64,000 nucleotides of DNA from Escherichia phage VEc33. The notes under the pieces were generated by a model. That model was not told the DNA's origin, ran no database searches, and saw nothing but the letters and a program-made list of their open reading frames with translations. This document shows positions 7,634 through 15,581 of the stretch, piece after piece. Position 1 is the first letter of the stretch. The number at the start of each line of letters is the position of its first letter. Location of the stretch: sequence record NC_048818.1; one strand, 5' to 3'. The position numbers were made by a program, and so were the translations under genes.

Positions 7634-7672
7634 AAAGCCCCTAGTCGAAAGACTTAGGGGCTTTTTCTTTTG
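7634..7672 (+). terminator. rho-independent terminator of the plus-strand cassette
   Basis: hairpin AAGCCCCTAGTC-GAAA-GACTTAGGGGCTT followed by TTTTCTTTT. Confidence 0.7.
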
Positions 7673-7675
7673 CCT

Positions 7676-7716
7676 TAAATACAGAAAAGCCCGCGCTCTC
7701 GGAGGAAACGCGGGCT
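7676..7716 (-). terminator. rho-independent terminator after the SPFH gene
   Basis: hairpin AAGCCCGCG...CGCGGGCTT followed by U-run on minus strand; convergent with 7634-7672. Confidence 0.6.
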
Positions 7717-7740
7717 TGGTTCGAAGATTACGTGTAACTA

Positions 7741-8688
7741 TTACTTGTTACGCATATCCATGATCATTTGACCATCGTAACCAGTACCTACTACAGTCTG
7801 AGGCACACCACCTTGATATTTCTGAGCACGAATCATATCAACTTCCAGTTGTTTCCAACGAATCATCTCAGGAGTAATGGTACGTTGCAGTGCGGCGTTA
7901 GCTTCAGCTTCTTTCTTAGCTGCGTACAGTTTAGCATCTGCGTCACGTTCATTAGCGATAGCTTGGTTGTTGCGAGCTTCACGATCTGCTTCTGCTTGTT
8001 TAACTTTTTGCTGTGCTTCCTGTTCAACACGAGCTAATTCAGCTTTAGCAGCATTAGCCTGTTCTTCACGAACTTTGGTATTCTGTACCTGTTCCATGAT
8101 TACCGGTGGCAAAGTAATATCCTGAAGGAATACCTGCTTAACTGTGTAACCATATGGGCGTGCGTACTCTTCAACTTCCTGTTGAATTGCAGTTTGCAAT
8201 TGAGCCTGAATTTTAGCATCAAACAAATCTTGTGCTTTAGGTACAGACTTACCAAACTCACGAATAGTAGACAGTAATTTTTCAGTTACATATTTGTCTA
8301 ACGCTTGATCCTGAGTACCTGCATTAATACGGTTAATCGGTGCCTTAGAACCATCAAACTGCAACATAACAGTCAGATCAACAGTGGATTTAAACTTATC
8401 CTGACTAGGAACCTGAAGTTTATCTAATTTTACAGCAATATCTTTAGTACTAAAAGTATCGAAAGAAGCAAAAGGATTTACAATATGAAAGCCGGGTAAT
8501 ACTGGATTAGGGTCTACTTTACCCAGGAATGTTTGAGTTTTAACCGTACCATCAGAAACAATAGTATATGAATTAAAAGCTAGAATTAAACCTGCTAAAC
8601 CAACTACAGCACCAATCCCCCAACGTTTAATAGTACGAATTACTTTCTGCTCAGAAGTTAGTTCTTTCATATTTTTAGTATTAAACAT
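7741..8688 (-). CDS. SPFH/band-7 (HflC/prohibitin-like) membrane protein
   Basis: 315 aa; N-terminal TM WGIGAVVGLAGLILAF, SPFH core, Ala/Glu/Gln-rich coiled-coil. Confidence 0.65.
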   Translation of the reverse strand: MFNTKNMKELTSEQKVIRTIKRWGIGAVVGLAGLILAFNSYTIVSDGTVKTQTFLGKVDPNPVLPGFHIVNPFASFDTFSTKDIAVKLDKLQVPSQDKFKSTVDLTVMLQFDGSKAPINRINAGTQDQALDKYVTEKLLSTIREFGKSVPKAQDLFDAKIQAQLQTAIQQEVEEYARPYGYTVKQVFLQDITLPPVIMEQVQNTKVREEQANAAKAELARVEQEAQQKVKQAEADREARNNQAIANERDADAKLYAAKKEAEANAALQRTITPEMIRWKQLEVDMIRAQKYQGGVPQTVVGTGYDGQMIMDMRNK

Positions 8689-8720
8689 ATATTTCCTTTG
8701 TTTTAGTTACAGTTAATAAA

Positions 8721-8795
8721 ATTGGCCGAGGTGACAGGATTCGAACCTGCATAAAGGAATTTAGAAGACTCCTGCCTATCCCTTAGACTACACCC
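8721..8795 (-). tRNA. tRNA-Arg (anticodon UCU)
   Basis: RC: acceptor CGGGGTG/CACCTCG, anticodon stem GGAGT/ATTCC with loop CTTCTAA, T-arm GCAGG-TTCGAAT-CCTGT, CCA. Confidence 0.6.
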
Positions 8796-9299
8796 CGTTT
8801 AAGTATTTTTAAGAACTCTCGTAAAAACTCTTAAAAATACAGACGATACCGGGAGAGTCATAAGTCTCACTCATTAAGTATTTCAAGACAAAATACGGTA
8901 ACGTCTATTATTTTCCAGTTTAAGTCAGGGTGACTTAGTGGTTATGTCCTGCGGTATATTGAGGACTCGGTTAGGCTTGGGGTCATGACTTCCCGCCTTT
9001 TGCTGCTACTCAACAGGAGTTATCGCGAATTACCTGTGCTATTGTGCACCATTAGTGACATCTCTCATGTCAGCATTTCCCACTTTGTGGATAGCTTGAA
9101 AAACTACTCCGATATGGAGAAAGAACTTCACTACCCTAGAATACCTTCTAAAGTTCTTCTTTAGCCTGGACATAGTTAAATCGTAATAAAACTATTCAGC
9201 AGACTGGTTGGTTAGTCTGGAACCAACTACCGCGTGGTTTAGGCAGTGCGCAACTAACCTCGGAAGCTTTTACGTTAAAAGCATCAGTTATCCAGTTCT

Positions 9300-9372
9300 T
9301 ACCGACCGTAGGATTCGAACCTACATCTTCCACCAGTTACGGCTTGATAATACCAATTATACTAGGACGGCA
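9300..9372 (-). ncRNA. tRNA-like element (T-arm GTAGG-TTCGAAT-CCTAC; anticodon undetermined, no CCA)
   Basis: clear T-arm on minus strand; acceptor and anticodon stems could not be folded cleanly by hand. Confidence 0.4.
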
Positions 9373-9610
9373 GTGTTACTACATAAGTGATTTCCACACC
9401 CCACTATTTATAAATTAGAGAAGAGTTTAGGGGAGAGGTTTCAGACGCCTCATTTTACACGTTCTAGCCACTAACCGGGATTGCCGCCCCCCTGTGTACT
9501 AGTTTTACAACTAACCCACCGACTCTATTCAACGAATCTTAGTGCTCGACGCATCTTACATTAAGACAAGTTCAGCGTAATCGGCTCGCTGTTCCCTAAT
9601 TTATGAATAT

Positions 9611-9639
9611 ATTATACAGAATTTAAAGGCATTTAGCAA
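9611..9639 (-). promoter_or_regulatory. sigma70-type early promoter driving the ORF-free RNA region, tRNAs and the SPFH gene
   Basis: attata 9611-9616 and tagcaa 9634-9639 on plus strand. Confidence 0.5.
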
Positions 9640-9647
9640 ATAAATTT

Positions 9648-10091
9648 TTAATTAAATTCGCCAGCAATCTGAGCAGCAGTACCACCATCATAACGCCCAG
9701 AAAATTCTTCCTTAATCGCTTTCATCAGCATACCTTTTGTAATTCCAGGGTTTAGCTTAACTAATTCTGCAAAGTATTTACGAATCTCAGTATCAGATAA
9801 CTGAGGAGGCAGATACTCCTGCAACCACTTAGTTAGAATGTATTCATACTGAGCGGACTGCAAGCTATAACTATCAAGATCTTGACCATGAAGTTTAGCT
9901 TTCATCTGGTTAATGCTTTTTAGTTGAGCTTTGAGATAAGACACAAATTGTTCAGAAGTGATGAAATCTTTATCAATACGCTGAAGATCCCCGATTATGG
10001 TCTGATAGCTTTTAGCGACTTCTTTATCAGAACCATTAAACTTAGAATCCTGCAAAGCTCTACGCAAAACATCTAAAATATTCTCTTCCAT
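9648..10091 (-). CDS. GatB/YqeY-domain protein
   Basis: 147 aa; C-terminal LNPGITKGMLMKAIKEEFSGRYDGGTAAQIAGEF typical of YqeY. Confidence 0.6.
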   Translation of the reverse strand: MEENILDVLRRALQDSKFNGSDKEVAKSYQTIIGDLQRIDKDFITSEQFVSYLKAQLKSINQMKAKLHGQDLDSYSLQSAQYEYILTKWLQEYLPPQLSDTEIRKYFAELVKLNPGITKGMLMKAIKEEFSGRYDGGTAAQIAGEFN

Positions 10092-10094
10092 TAT

Positions 10095-10262
10095 TTCATT
10101 CCTAACGCTTGGTTAAAAGATTGTTCTGTCATAACTGCTGAGACTTTGGCGAAATCAAACTTTTTAGGGTTCGTAGTGATCTCAGCAACGTTAGAAGTTT
10201 TAACAGTTTTCGTAGTACGAATACCGCGAGTGTTAACGCCAATAATTACAACTGATTTCATA
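10095..10262 (-). CDS. small ORF (55 aa), below the ORF-track size cutoff
   Basis: ATG at 10262, stop overlaps next start (ATGAAATAATGG); MKSVVIIGVNTRGIRTTKTVKTSNVAEITTNPKKFDFAKVSAVMTEQSFNQALGMK; promoter 10293-10321 upstream. Confidence 0.35.
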
Positions 10263-10292
10263 TTTCGCTTCCTCTCATTAATTTATGAAAGT

Positions 10293-10321
10293 ATTATACA
10301 GAAATTTAAGTACTTAAGCAA
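10293..10321 (-). promoter_or_regulatory. sigma70-type early promoter
   Basis: attata 10293-10298 and aagcaa 10316-10321. Confidence 0.5.
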
Positions 10322-10329
10322 GTAAATTT

Positions 10330-10797
10330 TTAAGTTTTAGTGACAACAGGTTTATAAAACGTATGTCCCTTAATCTTAGTTGTTTTCTTAAACTTCTTTG
10401 TCCAGTAAGGTTTATCTTTACCACTATGGAAGTACAATGCTCCATGCGTAGGATCTTGTGGTAAATCAACGTAGTATATCACTCTAGCTAAATTCTTAGC
10501 GGTTTGCCAAGCCTCATCAGTTTTATCAACTTTTGGTCTCTTAGACACCCAAGAGAACTGGTTAGACTGATATACTACTTTACAGTAGGAATCTGGGAAT
10601 TTACCAGAGTTTACACGGTTTTTAGTAACGTGTGCAATCGCCGTCATTCCCTTTATGCCCTCACCACGACTTTCGAAATAGATATTTTTAGCAATGCAAT
10701 CTATTTCTTTTGCATCGTGCGATGCCTGACTACTAAAGCTGAAGGTAAGGGCAGCTACTAAAAGCAAAGCTGCCTTCATTCTTTTTACTCCTGCCAA
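10330..10797 (-). CDS. SleB-like cell-wall hydrolase with N-terminal signal peptide
   Basis: 155 aa; signal-like MKAALLLVAALTFSFSSQA; IDCIAKNIYFESRGE...AIAHVTKNRV...VVYQSNQFSWV resembles Hydrolase_2/SleB. Confidence 0.6.
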   Translation of the reverse strand: MAGVKRMKAALLLVAALTFSFSSQASHDAKEIDCIAKNIYFESRGEGIKGMTAIAHVTKNRVNSGKFPDSYCKVVYQSNQFSWVSKRPKVDKTDEAWQTAKNLARVIYYVDLPQDPTHGALYFHSGKDKPYWTKKFKKTTKIKGHTFYKPVVTKT

Positions 10798-11102
10798 TCA
10801 TATTCAACACGATTGGGGTTTTCTTTGTACCCTAAGTCAAGCAAATCATTACGCATATGTTGCTTAGCTACTGGGTTCGAGGTTACTAGTACCACTTTCT
10901 TTGGTCTCTGCCCAAATTCTAAGAGTAAACGAAGAATTTGATAACCTTCCATACCATCTACAGCCAAGTCATTATCCATATAAACGAAGTGGCCTGTGGT
11001 ATCAGTTTTATTCAGAAACTCTACAGCGGCTTCTGGGGTTCGAATGATAATGTCCATTCCGTGAAGATTACGCACATCATCAATCAAAATATGAAAAGTC
11101 AT
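10785..11102 (-). CDS. stand-alone CheY-like receiver (REC) domain protein
   Basis: 105 aa; HILIDDV (DD pair), FVYMDNDLAVDGMEGYQILRLL (phospho-acceptor region), VVLVTSNP (Thr), YKENP (Lys) align with CheY. Confidence 0.6.
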   Translation of the reverse strand: MTFHILIDDVRNLHGMDIIIRTPEAAVEFLNKTDTTGHFVYMDNDLAVDGMEGYQILRLLLEFGQRPKKVVLVTSNPVAKQHMRNDLLDLGYKENPNRVEYDWQE

Positions 11103-11132
11103 AATAGCCTCGTTTCATCAATTTAAAAATAT

Positions 11133-11161
11133 ATTATACAGATAACTTAATAAATTAGCAA
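11133..11161 (-). promoter_or_regulatory. sigma70-type early promoter
   Basis: attata 11133-11138 and tagcaa 11156-11161. Confidence 0.5.
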
Positions 11162-11544
11162 ATACATTTTTAAATTGTGAAACTAGTAAACCGATAAACA
11201 GCCTAGAGGCGCCACAGGCCATATCTTATGAGCCATGTACCTTTGATCTAGGGTTTGAATCATCAACGAATACTTTGCATCTTTTAGCTTTAGAAGTTTA
11301 GAAGTTTGAGTTCTTTAAACTTTTCAGCTTTCATACTTAAATGTTGATCTTTGAAGTTGTGTCGGTAATATCAACGACGCTTTGTTTTTACGTGTCAGAT
11401 TAAGTGTCTGATGTAATAAACATAATCTCCAATAGATTATACTTTATAGTATGGTCAGCGGTCTTATTTAACCTCGTATTTCAACCGCTGCTGCGAGGTA
11501 AGATGCTTGGGCTTTCGTCTACCGATTTACTAGCTTTTAAATTA

Positions 11545-12183
11545 TTACTCTACTTCAATGAAGGTAGAGGCGTTAGACTCGGACAGAACAAAGTCAACAT
11601 TTGTTGCAAAGTCCTGATATTCCTCGTCATGCTGCTTAATCAGCTTCTCCAGTTCCAGCGGATCAATCAAGAATGGAGTATTCTTGAGTTCCAGCAGGTT
11701 GAGCTGCATTTTAACTTCATCTTCGGAAGTTTTCTTATCGCGGGTAGCCATGCTATCCTGCAAACGCTCATATTTAGCATCAAACTGTGCTTTCTGCGTA
11801 TTAAACTTAACCGTAGCGGCATGGAACTGCTTACGCATGTTAGCCAGTAGCTGAGCTTTAAGCTCCATAGAACGCTTAGCTTCAATTGCTTCCGCAACAG
11901 TCATCTTACGAGAGCCAATCTCAACGATTGTTTCCGCATTGCTCTTAATCAGAGCAGCTTTGATACAATCACGCTGGGACATCATATCTAGGAGAGATTG
12001 GAAATCTGCCTTAATACGAGCAGATAGATCGTCTACTTCGATTGCAGCGCCAACTACAACCTTATTTTTATCCTTACCTTCACCAACAGCGATCAGAAGC
12101 TGTTGTTCAGTAGCTTTACGGATTTTAGCTTCCAGAGATTTGATAGTTGCCAGAGCGCGAGTTTTAGAAATACGAGTAGTCAT
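11545..12183 (-). CDS. hypothetical protein
   Basis: 212 aa ORF, coiled-coil-like; no catalytic motif recognised. Confidence 0.5.
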   Translation of the reverse strand: MTTRISKTRALATIKSLEAKIRKATEQQLLIAVGEGKDKNKVVVGAAIEVDDLSARIKADFQSLLDMMSQRDCIKAALIKSNAETIVEIGSRKMTVAEAIEAKRSMELKAQLLANMRKQFHAATVKFNTQKAQFDAKYERLQDSMATRDKKTSEDEVKMQLNLLELKNTPFLIDPLELEKLIKQHDEEYQDFATNVDFVLSESNASTFIEVE

Positions 12184-12236
12184 TATTTGCTTCCTTATAT
12201 GAAGTTTGAGATTTGAATTTGTTTAAATTTGATCTA

Positions 12237-12419
12237 TTACAGACCAATTGCCAGCAGAGTGCGCAGAACAGTATCATTACTGTTATCAATTTTAGGATTA
12301 GCACGATTTAACAGATCAAAGATTTTCTGGATACCTGATTGACGTTCAGCCATACGACGGATACCAAGATTACGAGTAGCTTTCTTACCATTTTTACGAA
12401 CATTTTTAGATACTGGCAT
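12237..12419 (-). CDS. hypothetical small basic protein
   Basis: 60 aa ORF; promoter 12460-12488 upstream. Confidence 0.4.
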   Translation of the reverse strand: MPVSKNVRKNGKKATRNLGIRRMAERQSGIQKIFDLLNRANPKIDNSNDTVLRTLLAIGL

Positions 12420-12459
12420 ATTTGTTTTCCTTTTATTGTTTTATCAAATTTATGAATAT

Positions 12460-12488
12460 ATTATACAGAATTTTGGGGACGGAAGCAA
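12460..12488 (-). promoter_or_regulatory. sigma70-type early promoter
   Basis: attata 12460-12465 and aagcaa 12483-12488. Confidence 0.5.
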
Positions 12489-12489
12489 A

Positions 12490-13191
12490 TCAAATTTTCA
12501 TTTTTTCGATCATAGCTGCAACACAATAGCTTTCAACTAAGGCATCAAATGCAGGATCATGCTTAACCGGATAGATCCCATAACGAATAGTGTCCATCTT
12601 CTCCATTTTAGCTATTGCCCAGCTAATACCTTCGGTCTCTAGAGCCTTATAACTGTATCCAGCTTGCATCCAGAGATTACGAAGAGATCGAACATTACCC
12701 AAATTCCAGAATTTCCACGGAACTACCTCTTCATTGGTTCCAGCATGGAACGTGTTTGCAGAGTAGATAGTCATATCAAACTCTGGGCCATTGCCATAAT
12801 ACAAAGCATTTTCGCCTAGAGCCAACTCCATAATATTTTGAGCCATAGAGAAGGCAGCATAGTTTGAGCCTAATTTATTAGTGCAATGATGTTTACCATT
12901 TTGGAAGGCAATCAGTTTTGGATTACGTTCCTTCATAGCTTCCATAATGTGGATAGCAGACGGGCTATTTTTAGCTTGATCCATCCAGAATGCTAGAGTA
13001 GATGCTGTAACTTTGGCACCAGAATTAAGCTGATCCTGCACATCCAAAGTAACAAATACTAGATCAGGGTCTTTATCAACCCCATGCATAGCCACAAAAG
13101 CGAAAGAAGGCATTACGATATGAGTAGTACCACAATCTCCTGGAGTTCCTAGAGATTCAATATCTAGCATACCAAATGGTTTTACTTTCAT
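12490..13191 (-). CDS. DEDDh-type 3'-5' exonuclease (DexA/Orn-like)
   Basis: 233 aa; Exo I MLDIESLGT (D-x-E), Exo III YPVKHDPAFDAL (H-x4-D). Confidence 0.55.
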   Translation of the reverse strand: MKVKPFGMLDIESLGTPGDCGTTHIVMPSFAFVAMHGVDKDPDLVFVTLDVQDQLNSGAKVTASTLAFWMDQAKNSPSAIHIMEAMKERNPKLIAFQNGKHHCTNKLGSNYAAFSMAQNIMELALGENALYYGNGPEFDMTIYSANTFHAGTNEEVVPWKFWNLGNVRSLRNLWMQAGYSYKALETEGISWAIAKMEKMDTIRYGIYPVKHDPAFDALVESYCVAAMIEKMKI

Positions 13192-13219
13192 AACTTATCC
13201 TTTATTGTGTAGAAAACTA

Positions 13220-13456
13220 TTAAAGAGCTGTCTCTTTAATAGACTCCCACTTCTTGGGGTCTTTAAAACCAGGAAGCATATCCTCACTGACATCCCAGTT
13301 CTCCTCCATAGAGAGGTCGGGCCATTCATTCCAGCTACCTTCCAGCTCTTCATAACAGGTATCCATTACCTCATGACTAGAAAGTCGTGTATAATCCCTA
13401 GCTGACTTATGGGTGCTAGCACGGTTAAAATCATTCTTTGCTACAAAATTACGCAT
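13220..13456 (-). CDS. hypothetical protein
   Basis: 78 aa ORF. Confidence 0.4.
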   Translation of the reverse strand: MRNFVAKNDFNRASTHKSARDYTRLSSHEVMDTCYEELEGSWNEWPDLSMEENWDVSEDMLPGFKDPKKWESIKETAL

Positions 13457-13497
13457 AGTTTCTCCAAATAAGAGGGGCTTTCGCCCCCTGATTTAAA

Positions 13498-13713
13498 TCA
13501 CTTGCCCAGCAGTTTAAGGATATTTTCCATAATAGTTTGGGCAGATTTTTCACTCTTGTTGGTTTCAGCCAACTTTAAAGCGAGTTCTTCCTGCTGTTTC
13601 TGAATATCCGCAGCAATTTTTTGATCAGCCTCAATACGAGCTTGAAGCTCATCAGTGATAGTGGTAAAGGAAGCAACGATTTCAGTAACAGAACGTGGTT
13701 TCTTAGAGAACAT
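13498..13713 (-). CDS. hypothetical protein
   Basis: 71 aa ORF; GC-rich hairpin (GGGGGCGAAAGCCCC) downstream at about 13468-13492. Confidence 0.4.
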   Translation of the reverse strand: MFSKKPRSVTEIVASFTTITDELQARIEADQKIAADIQKQQEELALKLAETNKSEKSAQTIMENILKLLGK

Positions 13714-13776
13714 AAAAATATCCTTGATTAGTTAGAGAATTAGTAGATTGTAGGGGCAGAAGCCCCTATTTATCTA

Positions 13777-14292
13777 TTACTTCGCTTTACGCTTGCGAGC
13801 TGGTTTAGCAGATTTACGAGCAGAATCACCAGTGAACTTAATGCCTACACCGTAACACAGAGCACGAACATTATCTTTACTATACTCTACGCCAAAGATA
13901 TTTGGCTTAACAGAACCAAACTGTCCACGAGTATCACGCAATACATCTGCTGTTGGTTTACGCTTCTGGTTAACTGCTTTCTCGTAATCTTTCATGGCCA
14001 TGCCATTACGAGGGAACAATTCTGCTCCAGCATTGAAACTCAGTACTACTGGAACAGATTTGTGACCGTAACCCTGTACATAGGTCACAAGGTGGGCTAC
14101 AGAACGAGTAGCGTTCTTAGCCTTCGGCTTTTGACGAATCGGAGCCGGATTATTTAGTGCTTGCGCAGCCTGAGTATCGGTAGGATGCTTACGCAGGTGG
14201 CGTTCCAGACGAGCTTTACGGTTAGCCTCAGTCTGAGGGAAAGTTTTAACTGTAGTAGCTGCTTGAGTTTTTGCGTTTTTCTGCTTAGCCAT
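13777..14292 (-). CDS. hypothetical basic protein (possible nucleic-acid binding)
   Basis: 171 aa, Lys/Arg-rich termini. Confidence 0.5.
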   Translation of the reverse strand: MAKQKNAKTQAATTVKTFPQTEANRKARLERHLRKHPTDTQAAQALNNPAPIRQKPKAKNATRSVAHLVTYVQGYGHKSVPVVLSFNAGAELFPRNGMAMKDYEKAVNQKRKPTADVLRDTRGQFGSVKPNIFGVEYSKDNVRALCYGVGIKFTGDSARKSAKPARKRKAK

Positions 14293-14324
14293 TATTTGTT
14301 TTCCTTTTTGTTTATCAATTTATG

Positions 14325-14353
14325 AAGTATATTATACGGTAATTTGAAGCGTT
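14325..14353 (-). promoter_or_regulatory. sigma70-type early promoter
   Basis: attata 14325-14330 and tagcaa 14348-14353. Confidence 0.5.
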
Positions 14354-14375
14354 TAGCAAATGAATTTTTTAAAAA

Positions 14376-14654
14376 TTATCTACCAACCATCTTGGCTTGT
14401 TCTGCATCGGAAACATATTGATACGCTCCTTTATTATACGCTGGAGCAGTACACATTTTCTTACGCTCAATCTCTTCTTGGGCTTTTCTTTCGCGTTCAG
14501 CTAATTCTTCATCCAGATAAACTAAACGTTGTTCTGGAGGAGGTGGAAGACGTGTTTCTGGCTCACCAATATTAGCCTTTCTTATTTGACGAGGTGATTG
14601 TGCACGTTTTCTCAACGGTTTAAATCCTAATGAATTTGAGTTATAAATTCGCAT
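14376..14654 (-). CDS. hypothetical protein
   Basis: 92 aa ORF. Confidence 0.4.
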   Translation of the reverse strand: MRIYNSNSLGFKPLRKRAQSPRQIRKANIGEPETRLPPPPEQRLVYLDEELAERERKAQEEIERKKMCTAPAYNKGAYQYVSDAEQAKMVGR

Positions 14655-14681
14655 AAAGCCCTCCTCACTTTCAATACGAAT

Positions 14682-14710
14682 ATTATACTAAATTAGAGGG
14701 CTTTAAGCAA
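14682..14710 (-). promoter_or_regulatory. sigma70-type early promoter
   Basis: attata 14682-14687 and aagcaa 14705-14710. Confidence 0.5.
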
Positions 14711-14730
14711 GAAGATTTTTAATTTATTTA

Positions 14731-15207
14731 TTACATCTCAGCCATTTCAGCTTCAGTAATAACTGTGTTACACAATGCATCTACAGCTTCATTACCACTA
14801 ATACCAGAATGTCCTTTAACCTTAATAAAGGTAGGATTAGTATTGTGAAAGTTGATATACTGCTGTGTTAATTTAAATGCTTCCTGCCAAAGTTCTAGAT
14901 TAAGAGGGACTTCACCATCTGCTTTCTTCCAGCCTTTCCTTTGCCAAGAAAACATCCAACTTTCCATACCATTTTTGCAATAAGCAGAGTCAGTATAGAT
15001 AGCAATTGGTCTATTATCTTTTTTAACAGACCAACGTAGGGCTTCTACGATAGCTGTGAGTTCCATCTCATTATTTGTAGTTTTAGGATTATAACCAGAT
15101 TTAGAACCTAAACGATCGTCGTTATCATCATAGACAATAAAACCCCAAGCACCTGGACCTGGATTAGACTTACAAGCACCATCTGTGTAAATGTGGAAAA
15201 CCGACAT
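14731..15207 (-). CDS. rnhA: ribonuclease HI
   Basis: YTDGACKSNPGPGAWGF...TNNEMELTAIVEAL...IYTDSAY...HSGISGNEAVDALC; ATG at 15207 overlaps upstream stop (TAATG) with GGAGGT RBS. Confidence 0.8.
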   Translation of the reverse strand: MSVFHIYTDGACKSNPGPGAWGFIVYDDNDDRLGSKSGYNPKTTNNEMELTAIVEALRWSVKKDNRPIAIYTDSAYCKNGMESWMFSWQRKGWKKADGEVPLNLELWQEAFKLTQQYINFHNTNPTFIKVKGHSGISGNEAVDALCNTVITEAEMAEM

Positions 15208-15488
15208 TATACCTCCCAACTAATTTTAAGACCCATGTCTACAAAGGTGGCTTCTCGGTAGTATTGTGAGAGATGATACCCCTTATCCGATAAGGTTTTT
15301 AGTACCGATTTAGCTGCTCCTGGCATTTCTCTAGGATTATATAGCCACCTAGCGTAAGGATTATCTCGAATAATTACTTCTGTATTTCCAGACTTAGCAG
15401 CTTCTACAATCTTTTCTTCTATAAACTTTAGAAATGCGGGTACTTCTGTTAATCCTGCAAGTTCTTGGGCTTCTTTGGCTGAAATCAT
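15207..15488 (-). CDS. hypothetical protein
   Basis: 93 aa ORF translationally coupled to rnhA. Confidence 0.45.
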   Translation of the reverse strand: MISAKEAQELAGLTEVPAFLKFIEEKIVEAAKSGNTEVIIRDNPYARWLYNPREMPGAAKSVLKTLSDKGYHLSQYYREATFVDMGLKISWEV

Positions 15489-15513
15489 TGTATACCTCCA
15501 ATTTATAAAATAT

Positions 15514-15542
15514 ATTATATTTAAATTTCACTAAATAAGCAA
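15514..15542 (-). promoter_or_regulatory. sigma70-type early promoter
   Basis: attata 15514-15519 and aagcaa 15537-15542. Confidence 0.5.
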
Positions 15543-15544
15543 AT

Positions 15545-15576
15545 GAAATTTAAATATAATAGCCCCGAAGGGCTAT
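15545..15576 (-). terminator. rho-independent terminator after the thymidylate synthase gene
   Basis: hairpin TAGCCCCGAAGGGCTA flanked by A/T-runs. Confidence 0.55.
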
Positions 15577-15581
15577 TTAAG

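Noticed and set aside
9208-9390. Plus-strand 60-aa ORF
   Set aside because: It overlaps the tRNA-like element at 9300-9372 on the opposite strand and has no RBS or promoter context.
11404-12202. ORFs 11404-11850 (+), 11667-11897 (-) and 11939-12202 (+)
   Set aside because: They are alternative frames of, or antisense to, the well-supported minus-strand gene 11545-12183, with no translation signals.
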